DNA of 64,000 nt from Octopus vulgaris (GCA_951406725.2 OX597820.1:48298001-48362000); one strand, 5' to 3'. Counted from the stretch's first letter, positions 25,691 through 39,178 are shown. The notes: generated from the sequence alone by a model not told the origin. Translations and numbers: made by a program.

Positions 25691-26558
25691 ACTTCGGATT
25701 ACCATTTTAAAAAGTATCACTTTTACCAGCAATAATTGGTTATTGCCTTCGTCTTGATCATATAGAAGCTTCGAAAGATACGAAATATTTTCGTGTTCAA
25801 AAATGGATCTCGAAGTAGATAAAACTATAAATAACAGCTCATAATTACGAAACCCTTGGATGGAGAAAAATCATCTGCTATGTTTATAGATATGAGGATT
25901 CAACATTTTTCATCCAAGTGAATTAGATATTTTAATATATATACACATACATACATACGCACACATACACACACACACACACATACGTACACATACACAC
26001 ACATACGTACACACACACACACACACCACACACACATATATATATATATGTACACATGGACCCAGACACACACATACACACACACATAACTACAAACATC
26101 TATATACATATTTACATATGCATATAAACGTATACGAATGTGTATATATGTATATTGGGTATATGTACATACATTCATGAATATACATATATATATATAT
26201 ACGTATATATTCATCTATCTATATGCAAATATATATACATATACACACACATATACACAATACACACATATATATACGTACGTACTTACATCCATAAATA
26301 TGTATATAGCATATATATATATACGTATATATGTATGTATGTATATTCATACATCATACATATACACACACACATACACACACACATATGAGTGTTCCTG
26401 TCTTCATAGATGCGTCCATATTTGTGTTGCGCATTGGTTTATGCATATATGTGTGTCTCTATTTATGTACGTATGCGTACGTGTGTTGGTGGCAGTGTGA
26501 GTGAGAGAGTGAGACAAAGGTAGAGAGACACGGAGAAAGAGACAGCGGGAGGCGGACG

Positions 26559-26606
<48 letters not shown>

Positions 26607-27130
26607 TGTGGTGGAAATAGGAGAATGGGGAAAAACAAAGGAAGAAGGCTTCGTTATAGATATGATGATTACGTAGTTAGCAACAGATCGAATTTATAGT
26701 GAATTGACTGAGGAAGATAGCGTTTTTTTCCTATAGCATCAACTTTATTGAAATAACCTTACTGACAAATACGACATAAATCATATATAGTAGTAAAAGA
26801 CTTCAAAGAACTTACTGTGGCATGTACATAATTCGGTATAGAAAGCCACCATTTTATATAGTTATATTCTTGCTGGCCTATCCATAAGATTACACACGCA
26901 CACGCACACACACATATATATAAACATAGACGCTTACACATATACTCACGTATCCACATACGTCTTTACCTACACTTTTCTCTTCCGTATTTATGCGTGT
27001 ATATATTTGTGTATGCAAGTATGAATTGCCAGGAATACAAAGAATGGCGTCTACATACACGGTGATGATATTACGTGCGCTTGGTTTGGGAAGAAACATC
27101 GAACAAAACTCGTAATATATGTGTATATGT

Positions 27131-27165
<35 letters not shown>

Positions 27166-27400
27166 CATACAGACAGACATATATATATATATAGGTACAC
27201 ACGCACACACAACAAACGCATCTATTTTTTTTTTACTTATATACACACACATGTATATTTATTAGTAGTAATATATAATCAATATATATAATATATAATT
27301 TTTAATTTTCTTTCATACACACAAACATACACAACCATACAATTACATTTACATAAACATACACACATATATACATACATACATACATACACACACATAC

Positions 27401-27443
<43 letters not shown>

Positions 27444-27465
27444 ATATATACATATGTATATATAC

Positions 27466-27496
<31 letters not shown>

Positions 27497-27610
27497 CATA
27501 TATGTATATATGTATATATGTATATACATATATATATGTATATACATACATACATACATATATATATACATATATATATGTATATGTATATGTATATATG
27601 ATCTATATAT

Positions 27611-27681
<71 letters not shown>

Positions 27682-27944
27682 CTTATATAAGTAAACACGT
27701 GCTTTCATGTTTTATTGTTTTATGAGAATCAATATATTGTGTAAATATATTCAAAATAATTCATTGAGTATTTATGTTAATCTAATCTCTTATAAATCCA
27801 AATGCATACTGGGAGTAATAGCGAGAGATAGGCTGATAGAGAGGTTGTTACATGTTTAATAGAATTTGTTTTGTTTTTCTCCGAGTATAACTGTATGTAC
27901 ATGTGTAGTGTCGTAGTTATGTATTGAAAAAAGCTCTGTTTGTA

Positions 27945-28345
27945 AACAGAAGTGTGGCTGTGTTGTTAAGAAGTTTGTCTCCCCACCTGTGTAGTCCTGT
28001 GTTCAGTCCCACAGCACGGCATTTTTGGCTGGGATTTCGTAGTTTAACTAGAGCTCCGGCTGACCACTGCTTTTTGAGTGGATTTGATAAATAGAAACTG
28101 AAAGATGACCGTCTTGTATGTAAGTATGTATGTGTGTGTGTCTTTCTCTTTTAGTTTGTCCTTCACTGTTTGACAACCAAGGCTGGTGTGGTTACGCCCT
28201 CTAACTTAGCGGTTCCATATGCAAAAGAGACCGACAGAATATGCACCAGACTTAAAAATAATTACTGGGGTTGATTTTGTTCGACTAAGTCCAACGAAGA
28301 AGTGCCCCAGCATGGCTGCACTCCTATTACGTAGAACAGTAAAAT
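27945..28345 (+). mobile_element. SINE family A (older copy)
   Basis: Colinear with 16978-17398. Confidence 0.8.
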
Positions 28346-28349
28346 ATAT

Positions 28350-28762
28350 AGACGCATGTGTGGCTGTGTGGTAAGTAGCTTGCTTACCAATCACATGGTT
28401 CTGGGTTCAGTCCAAACTGCGTGGCATCTTAGGCAAGTGTCTTCTACTATAGCCTCGGGCCGATCAGAGCCTGGTGAGTGGATTTGGTAGACGGGAACTG
28501 AAAGAAGTACGTCTTATATATGTATATATATGTGTATGTGTATGTTTGTGTATCCATGTTTGTCGCCCTAGCATTGGTTGACAACCGATGCTGGTGTGTT
28601 TATGTCCCCATCACTTAGCGGTTCGGCAAAAGAGACTGATAGAAAAAGTACTAGGCTTCCAAAGAATAAGTCCCGGGGTCGATTTTCTCGACTAAAGGCG
28701 GTGCGTCAGCATGGCCGCAGGCAAATGAATGAAAAAAGAAAAAGAGTAAAAGAGTAAAAGAT
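28350..28762 (+). mobile_element. SINE family A (younger copy, tandem with the previous one)
   Basis: Near full-length match, with an (aaagagt)n tail. Confidence 0.92.
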
Positions 28763-28807
28763 ATAAAAATGAGATGTAACTTTTGGACGATGTCTTCTGC
28801 AGAAACA

Positions 28808-28965
28808 TGGCGGTGAATAGGCGAATCGGTGAACTGACAAATTCATTAGAGCGTTGGTTAGAAGGCCCCGTGTATTTTGTGCTCTCAATTTAAATCTCGT
28901 CGAGGTCAACTTTGTCTTTCACCCAATCGGTACCGATGAAACAAAGACCGATCCAGTGCAGTGGA
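28808..28965 (+). mobile_element. SINE family B (diverged)
   Basis: ggcggtgaataggc...gaggtcaactttgtctttcaccc. Confidence 0.6.
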
Positions 28966-30339
28966 ATGGGAGTACCGTTTGAGCTTTGGCTGAAATGCCT
29001 TTCAACACCTCATCCAGCTTATCTGTTGCGTTACTGGTATCAAGCCGTTTCGATCCAGAGCAGCTGTCTTTCCATTGAATAAAATCCGATTGAGAGGACG
29101 AACTTGCAACTGTGTCAACTGCTGCTGTATCTTAAAGTATCTTACATTCTCACGCACACACTCGTATATATGAAATCCTCTGCATCGTCCGTTAAATGGG
29201 GATTATCACTTTGCATTATTTCCTAACTTTCCAAGGTTGGCGGCTCCGGATTGTTTAACACTGCTACATATTCAGAGTCACTGCGGCATATCGCATAAGT
29301 TTTTTTCAATGAGGGTTATTATCCTCGTAACCATCCATGCATTTTCGTTCATGACTCTATTCCATTTGCTCTGTTCCTGTAACGAACGTAGTGCCAGCAT
29401 TTCTGTGAAATGGATTAACATTTGTCGGAAAACTCTCAAATCCATTAGTAGCTGGTTGAAATATGTATAATATCGATCATCACCAACAAGTGAATAGTTG
29501 TCTTTCCATGGTAATGCATATCAGAATCATGTCTCTTCTACATCCACTTCTTAATATCCCTTATTCCCAAAAGTTGTCTACAGACCTCGACGGTATTGTT
29601 ACAAGCGTTTCATTAATTAGGAAACGGAAGTTGACAGAAGAAAGGTTGCATGTTGCCATTCTATTTTGGAAACATGACGAAATATCGCTTAATCTGGACA
29701 CACCAGAAAAATAACTGTGAGCAAAACAGGAGGAAAAAAGTAATGCAAGAAATTACTCAACATGATAAAAGTAAGTTGAGTTTAATTTCTTCTTCTATGA
29801 CAAATGGCACTAAATTAACAGGCGCTAATTCTATAAAACAAGAATGCATGGCAGAAATGTTGCATATGAATAAGCATAATGCTAATGCTTCCTGGATGAA
29901 GATACATGAAGAATACGAATACAAATAATATACATATATGCATACTTACATATATGTACATAACCTAGATATATATGAATATATGCATGCATATATGGAT
30001 ACAGGACGTCAAAAAATGTGAGCAAAATAAAAACATAAGCATACAATCCAGGTTTCGTATGTTTTTTTTACCTGTATGTCTACATACATAGATACCTACA
30101 TACATACATACATATACATAAGTGTGTATGTGGAGATGTGTTGACATATTCCTTGTTAGATCTCTGTTGATAAACTAGAAACTTGCTATATGGTAACAGT
30201 TTAACAGCGCTCGGTCGGATTGTCGGCAACTACGTGGGAAGAGATTTATTTTGAACTTATGGAATGACAAAAAAAAACACACATACAAACGAACATATTT
30301 ATATATGCACCTATATGAATACATGAATACACCTATATA

Positions 30340-30845
30340 TCTATATATATAAAACTCTAGTTGTGTGAGTGTCTGTCCCCTTCGATTTAGATTCCTAACT
30401 CCTCCCACATTTTGCGGTGCAGTTTAACCAAATTCGGGTATCTTATAGTCGTGATTCATATCGAGCCCGTCTGACTATTAGCGCACGTCAACGATGAGTC
30501 TACGATTTTAAAAATAATTTAACATCCTTTTTTATTCCATTTTAATGCATAAAATGCATCGTGTGTCGATGGCGGCGGAGTTGGCGTCCACGCTCACAGC
30601 TGCACCTGTTTGCTTCTCCCCCTTCCCTCCCTCGTGAAGCTGTGGGGAAGGGAGTGTAAAGAAATCAACGTCGTAATGCGTTGTGAAGGAAACCAGCGTT
30701 CTTTTAGAACAACGACTTCATGGCTTGAAGACACCAAAACAAAAATGGCTAAGAAAGCCCGAATTTATAAGGGAAGTAACTCTCTAAAAATGCTTATATA
30801 GTTATTTCCCTTACAAACCCGAGCAACGCCGTACGATACTGCTAG
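30340..30845 (+). mobile_element. Non-autonomous Helitron
   Basis: 5' TCTATATATATAAAA...gtgtctgtc; 3' GC hairpin cccgagcaacgccg followed by tactgCTAG; A^T insertion site with no TSD. Confidence 0.85.
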
Positions 30846-30877
30846 TATATATATATTATTTAATATTATATTATGAA

Positions 30878-31176
30878 CTAGCAGTATCGCCCGGCGTTGC
30901 TCGGGTTTGTAAGGGAAATAACTATATAAGCATTTTTAGAGAGTTACTTCCCTTATATAATAGTAAAAAAATGCATTGAAAATGGGAAAATATGGTGGTA
31001 ATTTTTTTAAAAAATCGTTGACTCATCGTAGACCCACGCTAATACCCAGAAGGGCTCGATATGAATCACGACTATAAGATACCCGCTTTTGGTTAAACTG
31101 CACCGCAAAATGTGGGAGTAGTTAGGAATCTAAATCGTAGGAGACAGACACACAACTTCACTTTTATATATAAAGA
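30878..31176 (-). mobile_element. Shorter Helitron of the same family, tail-to-tail with the previous copy
   Basis: Minus strand TCTTTATATATAAAA... cccgagcaacgccgggcgatactgCTAG; lacks the middle segment. Confidence 0.87.
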
Positions 31177-31237
31177 TATATACGCTATATATATATATAT
31201 TATTTAATATTATATTATGAATATATATGTTATATAT

Positions 31238-31792
31238 AAAACTTAGATAAAAACTTAGATATGTTTCGACCAGAGATTGGTCCAGGCCATGTCTAACTTA
31301 ATAGCACCACCTGATAGGATTATTCGAATCCTGTTTAAGTCAAGTTTTGTTCAAGTAGTGAGTTCTTGTTGGGTGAGTTGTATCCGGTTTTGTTCAAGTA
31401 GTGAGTTCTTGTTGGATGAGTTGTATCTAATTATGGGTGGCTTATCTGGTATTCTTTAAAGAATCTATCCAGACTCTGTTTGAAGTTGATGGGTTCCTTT
31501 TCCTCTTTGATCTCCCTCGGGACAATGTTAAATAGGGCAGGGCCTGTTGAGGAAAATAAATTATGTTGCAGTGTACATGTATGTTGTGATCTTGAATTTG
31601 GCAGGGGACGTATAGCCCGTGGTCCAAGTCTTGGATGAACCTTGAAGCTAATGTTTAGGTCGTTTGGGCAAAGTTGGCGGTATATTTTCCACATCGTACA
31701 AATGATGTACCGCTCACGGCGACGCTGGAGGGAGTAAAGTTTCAAAGCTTTAAGGCGATCCCAATAATCGAGGGCAGCCATGCCTTCAATTT
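31238..31792 (-). mobile_element. 5'-truncated CR1-group LINE, diverged subfamily
   Basis: Peptide LDYWDRLKALKLYSLQRRRERYIICTMWKI...KVHPRLGPRAIRP; shares the 3' UTR caggtggtgctattaagttagacatggcctgg with the other two copies; flanked by TA repeats. Confidence 0.9.
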
Positions 31793-31795
31793 GTT

Positions 31796-31849
<54 letters not shown>

Positions 31850-31959
31850 CATATATATCAAGTACAATCTTACTTAGAAAGGGATGCGTGCATTTCGTCA
31901 TATAATATATTAATAAATAAAACATATGCATATATATATACATATATGTACGTACTCTA

Positions 31960-32335
31960 CATGTATATATACACGCATATATGAGTACAGGACACCAAAA
32001 AAACGTCGAACACAATGAGAAACGAAAACATAGACACAAACCCAAGTAACTGGTCATTTTTCTTAAACAACAAAAAAAAAAAATAGAGTACAGGACAAAT
32101 AACACAAGGAAAAAACCCCTTCTTCAGTCGCCATGGTTTCATCTACTCTACATTTCGAAGGTGAAGGCGAGACATATCTTCAATAGAAACTTTCCTTCCT
32201 GCGAAAAGCAAATCAAATAAAATTTGAGATCTTTTTGCAGAGGGGTAAAAATTGTAACAAAAACAGGACAGTAACGACAGTACAAAATATAAGCAGTAAA
32301 AGACAGGACAAGGAAATGTCCTGTCTTTTACTGCT
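31960..32335 (-). mobile_element. Repeat with a permuted (type II-like) hammerhead remnant at 32116-32162
   Basis: Minus strand CCTTC-GAAAT-gtaga-GTA-gatg...-CTGAAGA-AGGG; homologous to 51903-52075. Confidence 0.45.
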
Positions 32336-32346
32336 TATAGTATACT

Positions 32347-33995
32347 GCTTATTTTATCGATATCGTGTGGCGTACCGTTTAGTCATTTTCTCGAATATGT
32401 TTGGCGAACCGCTATGTCATTTTATCGATCTCGTTTGCCGAACCGCTACGTCATTTTAACGAAATCGTTCGGCGAACCGCTAGTTCAATTTATCGATTTA
32501 ATTGGCGAACCGCTAATTTATTTTATCGAACCCTTTTGGAGAACCGCTAAGACATTCTATCGATATCGTTTGTAGAACCGCTAAGTCACTTTATCGATTT
32601 TGTTTGGCATACCGCCAGGTAATTTTATCTATTATGGTTGGCGAACCGCTAAGTCATTTTATCGATCTCAGTTGGCGAACCGCTAGTCATTTTATCGATG
32701 TCGTTTGGCGTACCGCTAACTCATTTTATCGATCCCGCTTCGCGAACCGCTAGGTCATTTTATCGAACACGTTTACCGAAACGCTAAGTCCTTTTACCGA
32801 TCTAATTTGTCGAACCAATGGGCCATTTTTTCGATCTCGATTGGCGAACCACTAAGTCATTTTATCGAGCCCGTTTGGCAAACCGCTATGTCATTTTATC
32901 GAGCTTGTTTGGCGAATCGCTAAGTCATTTTATCGACCTCATATGGCGAACCACAAGGTCAATTTATCGATCACGTTTGGCGATCCGCTGTGTCATTTTA
33001 TCGATCTCGTTTACCGAAATGCTAATTCATTTTACCGATCCCGTTTAGCGAACCGCTAAAGCAATTTATCGATCTCGACTTGCGAACTGCTGATCATTTT
33101 ATCGCTCTGGTATGGCGAACCGCTAGGTCATTTTATCGATCGCGTTTGTCGAATCACTAGGCCATTTTTTCGATCTCGATTGGTGTACCGCTAAGTCATT
33201 TTATCGATTATGGTTGGCGAACCGCTATGTCATTTTATCGATCTCGTTTGTCAAATTGCCGAGTCATTTCATCGATCTTGTTTGTTGAACCGCTAAGTGA
33301 TTTTATCGATCACAGTTGGCTAACGCTAAGTCATTTTTTTCGATCTCGTTTGGCGAAAGGCTAATTCATTTTATCGATTTCATTTAGGGACCTCCTAATT
33401 CATTTTCGTCGATTTCGTTAGCCGAACCGTTAAGACATTTTATCGATGTTGTTTGTCGAACCTCTAATTCATTTTATCAATCTCCTTTAGCGAAACGCTA
33501 AGTCATTTATTTATCCATCTGGTTTGGCGAACCACTAGGTCATTTTATCGATTTCGTTTGTCGAACATCTAAGTCATTTTATCGATCGCATTTGGCGAAT
33601 CGCTAAGTCATTTTATCGATGTCGTTTGACGAACCACTAAGTTATTTTATCGCTCTCGTTCGGCGAACCACTAGGTCATTTTATCGATCTCGTTTGGCGA
33701 ACCGATAAGTCATTTTATTGATCTTGATGGCGAACCGTTAAGTCATTTAATCGATGTAGTATTTTGAACCCCTATGTCATTTTACCGATCTCGTTTGCCG
33801 AACCGCTTTGTCATTTTAGCGATAATTTTTGGCGAACGGTTAAGTCGTTTTATTGATTACGGTTGGCGAACCGCTAATTCATTTTATCGATCTCGTTTGG
33901 CGAAGCACTAAGTCATTTTATCGACCCCGTATGCCGAACCGCTATATCATTTTATCGATCTCGTTTGCCGAACCGCTAAGTCATTTTATCGATCA
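32347..33995 (+). repeat. 34-bp minisatellite (GTCATTTTATCGATCTCGTTTGGCGAACCGCTAA), about 48 diverged units
   Basis: Contiguous tandem units with no unique spacers. Confidence 0.96.
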
Positions 33996-35269
33996 CTATC
34001 AAAGATACCCGGCGTTGCCTGTGTTACATACAATTGAATAATTAGACTTTTCGGTTATATTTTCTCTAATGAACTGGAGTATCTATGTTTCGAATTTCAG
34101 CAAAATTGTAATCGTGCCACATGTATCCCATACTACTGATTTTTATGCGCAGATTCCAAAATTCCAGTCTTATTGAACCTGTTAAAAAGATTTTGCTCCT
34201 GAAAAATGAAGGTCATGGAGCTCTAAAATTTGAGAGTTAAGGCACCTGTTGGAGGTGGGCATCTTAATGTCAACCAGAGAAATTGAGTTGTTGAAAATAT
34301 TTTTATTTGGGTCTTATATCTATTGTTTGAATTTCTTTGAAATAGGAAATATATGTTCACTTGATTTGTAAAAGAGAGCAAAGCTACAGGAAACCAAAAG
34401 ACGAATGGTCACAATAAGCAGTCAGTTACTCTAACCTCGTCGTTACCACTCCCAATGTATGATTCCTCACCGTCCAGGTGACAGGCACAGCCGTAAGATG
34501 CATTACAAATCAATAGCAATTGGAAGAGCGTGACCTAAATGAAATAAACATTAACAACTGTGTGACGTGAGGGCTAAAGCGAAATGAAAGTGTCACCTCT
34601 GGAGTTTGCAAATGACCACTATACTGATACATAACTGGACAGAATAAATTTACAATCTATAAATGTCTCTGAATAATCAGTCACTCATCTAGGAAGGCCT
34701 TGAAATCTATGTTACCATGTTAGGACTATGTGTGACCGAGTGATAATAAAAAGACTGAAAGGAGGTTTGCAATCAAATAACTTTACTCAACACTTTCCAA
34801 CTGAGTCAGTGGAGGCAAAGATGCCTCAAATTTACTTGACAGTTTATGCATCACATTGCATAAATCACAATCTAAGTGTATGTCAAATCAAACTCTTACA
34901 TTGTTGTACCCTTGAATTACAAATAATGCTCAAGTTTTATGCTCGGGTAAGCCTACAGCATCCGAGAGCACAACTGCATTCGTTTTTGCTTTGATAAAAT
35001 GACAAAATTGTGGGTGTTAAGTCCCCATGGAGGGATCTTTCTAACTTGTAAGAAGATGAAGTTTTATAAATATTACTTCATTTGTGTCTAACATCTATAG
35101 ATAAAATTTCATCAACAGCAAAGATATATGAATTGCCATGGGGGTTATGGCCCTTATGCATAGAATATAATTTACAAATTTCATAAAAATCCATTCAGTA
35201 CTTTTGACCTAGTTTTGGATCATAAGAGAAATTACTAAAATTTGGGAGTTACGGCTCCCATTAGGGCGT

Positions 35270-35275
<6 letters not shown>
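33996..35275 (-). mobile_element. Possible decayed Helitron-like element
   Basis: ctatcaaagatacccggcgttgcc resembles the 3' end at 30878-30905; the far end has an aaatttcataaaaatcc-type motif running into TA. Confidence 0.35.
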
Positions 35276-35327
<52 letters not shown>

Positions 35328-35399
35328 GATATATAGATATATAAATAGATATAGATATATATACACATACACATAGAAAGATAAATTGATAGATACAAC

Positions 35400-35640
35400 T
35401 GATTGGGCAAACAAAAATATGAGACACAGCCTAGTGCTTTTTATGTTGATAAGCCTGGTACTTAATATATTAGTTTGTGCTTGTGAAACCAGTAAGTTAT
35501 GTGGATGTAAATAAATGAACAGCAGTTGTGATGCAGTGATGAGGGAGAAACACAGAGACAAAGACACACACATACACTTACATGTATACATACATATATA
35601 TATACGATTGATTTGTTTCAGTTCCTGTCTACGAAATCCA
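35400..35640 (-). mobile_element. SINE family A fragment (left copy of the duplication flanking the RTE)
   Basis: Shares derived changes with 38312-38490. Confidence 0.75.
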
Positions 35641-35644
35641 TATA

Positions 35645-38311
35645 TATTGTTGTTGGCATCCTTTTTTTCTCGGGAGACAATGGAGTTGCGCATAAAATAA
35701 TCTAGTCTGGCTTTTACATTTCATGTCCTAATACATCTGCTGCGGTGGCTGTACAGTCCTATCCTGGACAAACACTCCTTCTAGCAGGTGTCGCAAATGT
35801 AGCGAAGACTTTGCCTGGCTGGTTGTAATGTCATAGTTTCTTGTTGACGTATTTTCTTGTCTTTCCATTTCTTCTCTCTCTCTCTCTATGTCACACCTTT
35901 GTGTTTCCTCCTTTACGGTACGTCGCCAATCACCACGGTTGCTGGCAACTGCTTCCCAGTTGGTAATATTGATGTTGCAGGCATTGATGTTGCAGGCATT
36001 CATGCCCCTTTTGTAAACATCCTTGTATCGTAAGAACAGTCTTCTCCCAGACCTAGTGCTCCTAACAAGCTCTCCGTAGATTATGTCCTTGTGGATTCTG
36101 CTATCTTCCATACGGCTAACATGTCCAAGCCATTTTATACGTTTTTGTGTGAGAAGTGCAAACCTGCTTGGTATTCCTGCTTGCTTGAGGACATCTTTGT
36201 TGGGGACATGATTCTGCCATTTGATGCGAATGATTTTCCGGTGGCAGCGCAGGTGAAAGATATTTAGGCGACGCTCTTGGCGTGTGTATGGCGTCCAAGT
36301 CTCACTTCCATACAGTAGAGTGCTAAGTACACATGCCTAGTAAATCTTCATTTTTGTAGTCATGGTCAGCTTATTTTTGTCCCATGCCCATTTGGAGAGT
36401 TGGGCCATCACAGCGTATATTGAGCTCAGCATCAAGCGATAGGTTGTAGGTGACGGTAGTGCCAAAATAGGTAAACTTCTCCACCTCCTGTAGTCCGTGG
36501 TCTCCAATATGTAAAATTGGGATGTCTGATGTAGCCCGACCCATGATATTGGTCTTCTTGAGGCTAATAACTAAGCCAAAGTCGCTACATGCTTGCTCAA
36601 AACAGTTGATGAGCCTTTGTAGGGTTTCTTCTGTGTGTGATACCAGAGCGGCATCATCAGCAAATAGCATCTCCTTGATAAGGAGTCTTCTGATTTTGGT
36701 CTTGGCACGCAGACGCGAGAGATTGAACAGTTTCCCGTCAATTCTACTGTGCAGAAACACTCCATCATCTGATGTCTCAAAGGCATGTGACAGCAGCAGC
36801 GAGAAAAAGATGCCAAATAATGTAGGAGCAAGGACACAACCTTGCTTTACACCGTTTTTTATTTGGAAGGCGGCTGATGTTGAATCATTGTGCTGTATTG
36901 TGCCTTGCATATCATCATGGAAAGATTTGATGATCCGCAGCAGCTTTGGTGGACATCCGATTTTTTGGAGCAGGATGAAGAGGCCTTTTCTACTTAGCAA
37001 GTCAAAGCCTTTGCCCGATCAATGAAGGCCATATATAAAGGCATTTTCTGATCTCTGGACTTCTGAAGTTGGCGTATGGAAGAATATCATGTCAATAGTT
37101 GATCTGCTTCTTCTAAAGCCACACTGCGATTCTGGTTAAATTCGAGAAGCAAGCAATTGTTGCCTGGACAGGATAACGCGAGGAAAGGTCTTCCAATAGT
37201 AATTGTTACAATCACCACGGTCAGATTTCTTTTTGTAAAGCGTAATGATGTTAGCATTCCGCATATCCTGAGGGACTGTACCCTCTTCCCAGCACTGACA
37301 CAGAAGCTCATGAATGTGCCGAAGCAGGATGGTGTTTTTGCCGGTTTTGATGATCTCTAAGGGGATGCCGTCTTTTCCCGGAGCCTTGTTACTTGCTAGG
37401 GAGTCAATAGCCTTGATGAGCTCTGCTATAGATGGCAGACTGTCAAGTTGGCACATGACTGGCAAGAACTTGACACCCTCAATTGCAGCCGTAGTCTCCC
37501 GTGAGTAGAGATCCTGATAGAACTCCACCCATCTATCCATTTGCTTGCTTTGGTCCTTGATGAGATCTCCAGTAGTTGATTTCAGAGGACTGACTTGGTT
37601 GCGGATAGACAGAGGGCCTTCTTCAAACCGGCGTACATCCCACGGGTGTCGCCACTGTCAGCAGCTGACTGGATACTCTGACAGATTTCCTGCCAATACC
37701 TATTTGCACAGCGTCTGACAGTCAGTTGTGTTTTATTTCTTGCCTTTCTAAGATCTTCGAGTGACTTTGTAGAAGAATCTCACTTTTATTGTATCAGAGC
37801 TAAAGGTTTTGCTTCAATAACTGTTTCCAGCTCTGAGAGCCCAACACTGAACATACCTGGGTTTTGCCTTTCCATAATGCCGAAAGTATCTATTGATGTG
37901 GTATACAAAGCTTCCCTGATACAATTCCACCTACTTTCAGCAGATGAGGTTGGGCAGCTACTGAGGGCAACCTTGATAGAAACAGCAAAACATTTTCGCA
38001 CTGTAGGGTCCGAGGTTCTGTCAGTGTTAATGCGTGGTCTTAAGCAGAATCCACACCCTGCTTCTTATTAGTGAATGATCTGTGTTACAATCCATGCTGT
38101 GGTAACTACGGGTCAGTTGAACATATTTCAGAAAGGATCTTCGTGTACTGATGAGGTCCAGCTGATGCCAGTGGTGATAACTTGGATGTCTCCAAGATGC
38201 TTTGTGAGATGTTTTGTTGGCAAAGAATGTATTGGTGATGCACAGGTCACGGTATGTGCAAAATTCAAGTAGTCTCTGACCATTGTCATTCATGTTGCAA
38301 TACCAAAACAC
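35645..38311 (-). mobile_element. Decayed RTE-clade LINE (end of APE domain, RT, C-terminus), 5'-truncated
   Basis: Peptides NDNGQRLLEFC, WHQLDLI, TDHSL, KAPGKDGIP, GVKQGCVLAPTLF, LFADD, EVEKFTYFG, IIYGEL; 3' end ggatgcc(aac)n. Confidence 0.93.
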
Positions 38312-38615
38312 ATAAGCCTGGTACGTATTCTATTAGTTTCTTCTTGTGAAACCAGTAAGTTATAGGGATGTAAATAAACGAACACCAGTTGTGAACCAGT
38401 GATGATGGAGAAAAACAAAGACACACAGATAGACCTACATATATAGATACATACAATTGATTTCTTTCAGTTTCTGTTTACAAAATCCACTGACAAGGCT
38501 TTGGTTGGTCAGGGGCTTTAGCAGAAGACACATGCCAAGTTACCACACAGTGGAACTGAACTGAGGACCATGTGTTTTGGAACCAAGTTTGTTACCCCAC
38601 AGTCACACCTGCGCA
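38312..38615 (-). mobile_element. SINE family A, including its tRNA head
   Basis: Reverse-complement match to family A. Confidence 0.8.
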
Positions 38616-38823
38616 TATGTATGTGTGTGTGTGTGTGTGTGTGTGTTTGTGTGTAAGTGTGTATGGGTGTATATATATGTGCATGTATATATGTGTACAT
38701 ATTACATGTACATCTATATATATATATATATATATATATATCTAGACATACATGTATACATATACATGTATATCTATAGAAATATATCTATACGTATACA
38801 TGTATGCATATATATCTATATAT

Positions 38824-38873
<50 letters not shown>

Positions 38874-38944
38874 ATATATGTAAATGTATATATATATATA
38901 TATATATATGCACACATTTATATACATCCATATACATACAATAG

Positions 38945-39178
38945 AGAGACGTTTTTTGTTTCACCTTTAACACGTAATACTGAAATAGTGGAGAGGATAT
39001 AATATTGCTATGGGCTCGCTCTAGGCAAGAAGTTAAATTCTTTTGCCCATGACACTCCATGGACACTAAGTAAGGCATGTATAAAATTTGAATGAAATTG
39101 GGTGTGTAGTTCTCAAGTTTTAAGGATTCACACAGACAAACAGACAGACAGACACACATTCTCAGTTTATATATATAT
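38945..39178 (-). mobile_element. Helitron-like 5' fragment
   Basis: Minus strand tatatataaactgagaatgtgtgtctgtctgtctgtttgtctg resembles the 5' ends at 30340 and 31176. Confidence 0.5.

Noticed and set aside
30846-31221. 32-bp TSD around the second Helitron
   Set aside because: Removing the element at its A^T site restores a pre-existing tandem duplication, and Helitrons make no TSD.
31431-32105. 224-aa membrane-protein-like ORF
   Set aside because: It is a chance fusion of a T-rich repeat, a microsatellite and a LINE C-terminal fragment.
32347-33995. CRISPR-like array (34-bp periodic, partly palindromic)
   Set aside because: The units are contiguous with no unique spacers, there are no cas genes, and the context is eukaryotic. 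It is a minisatellite.
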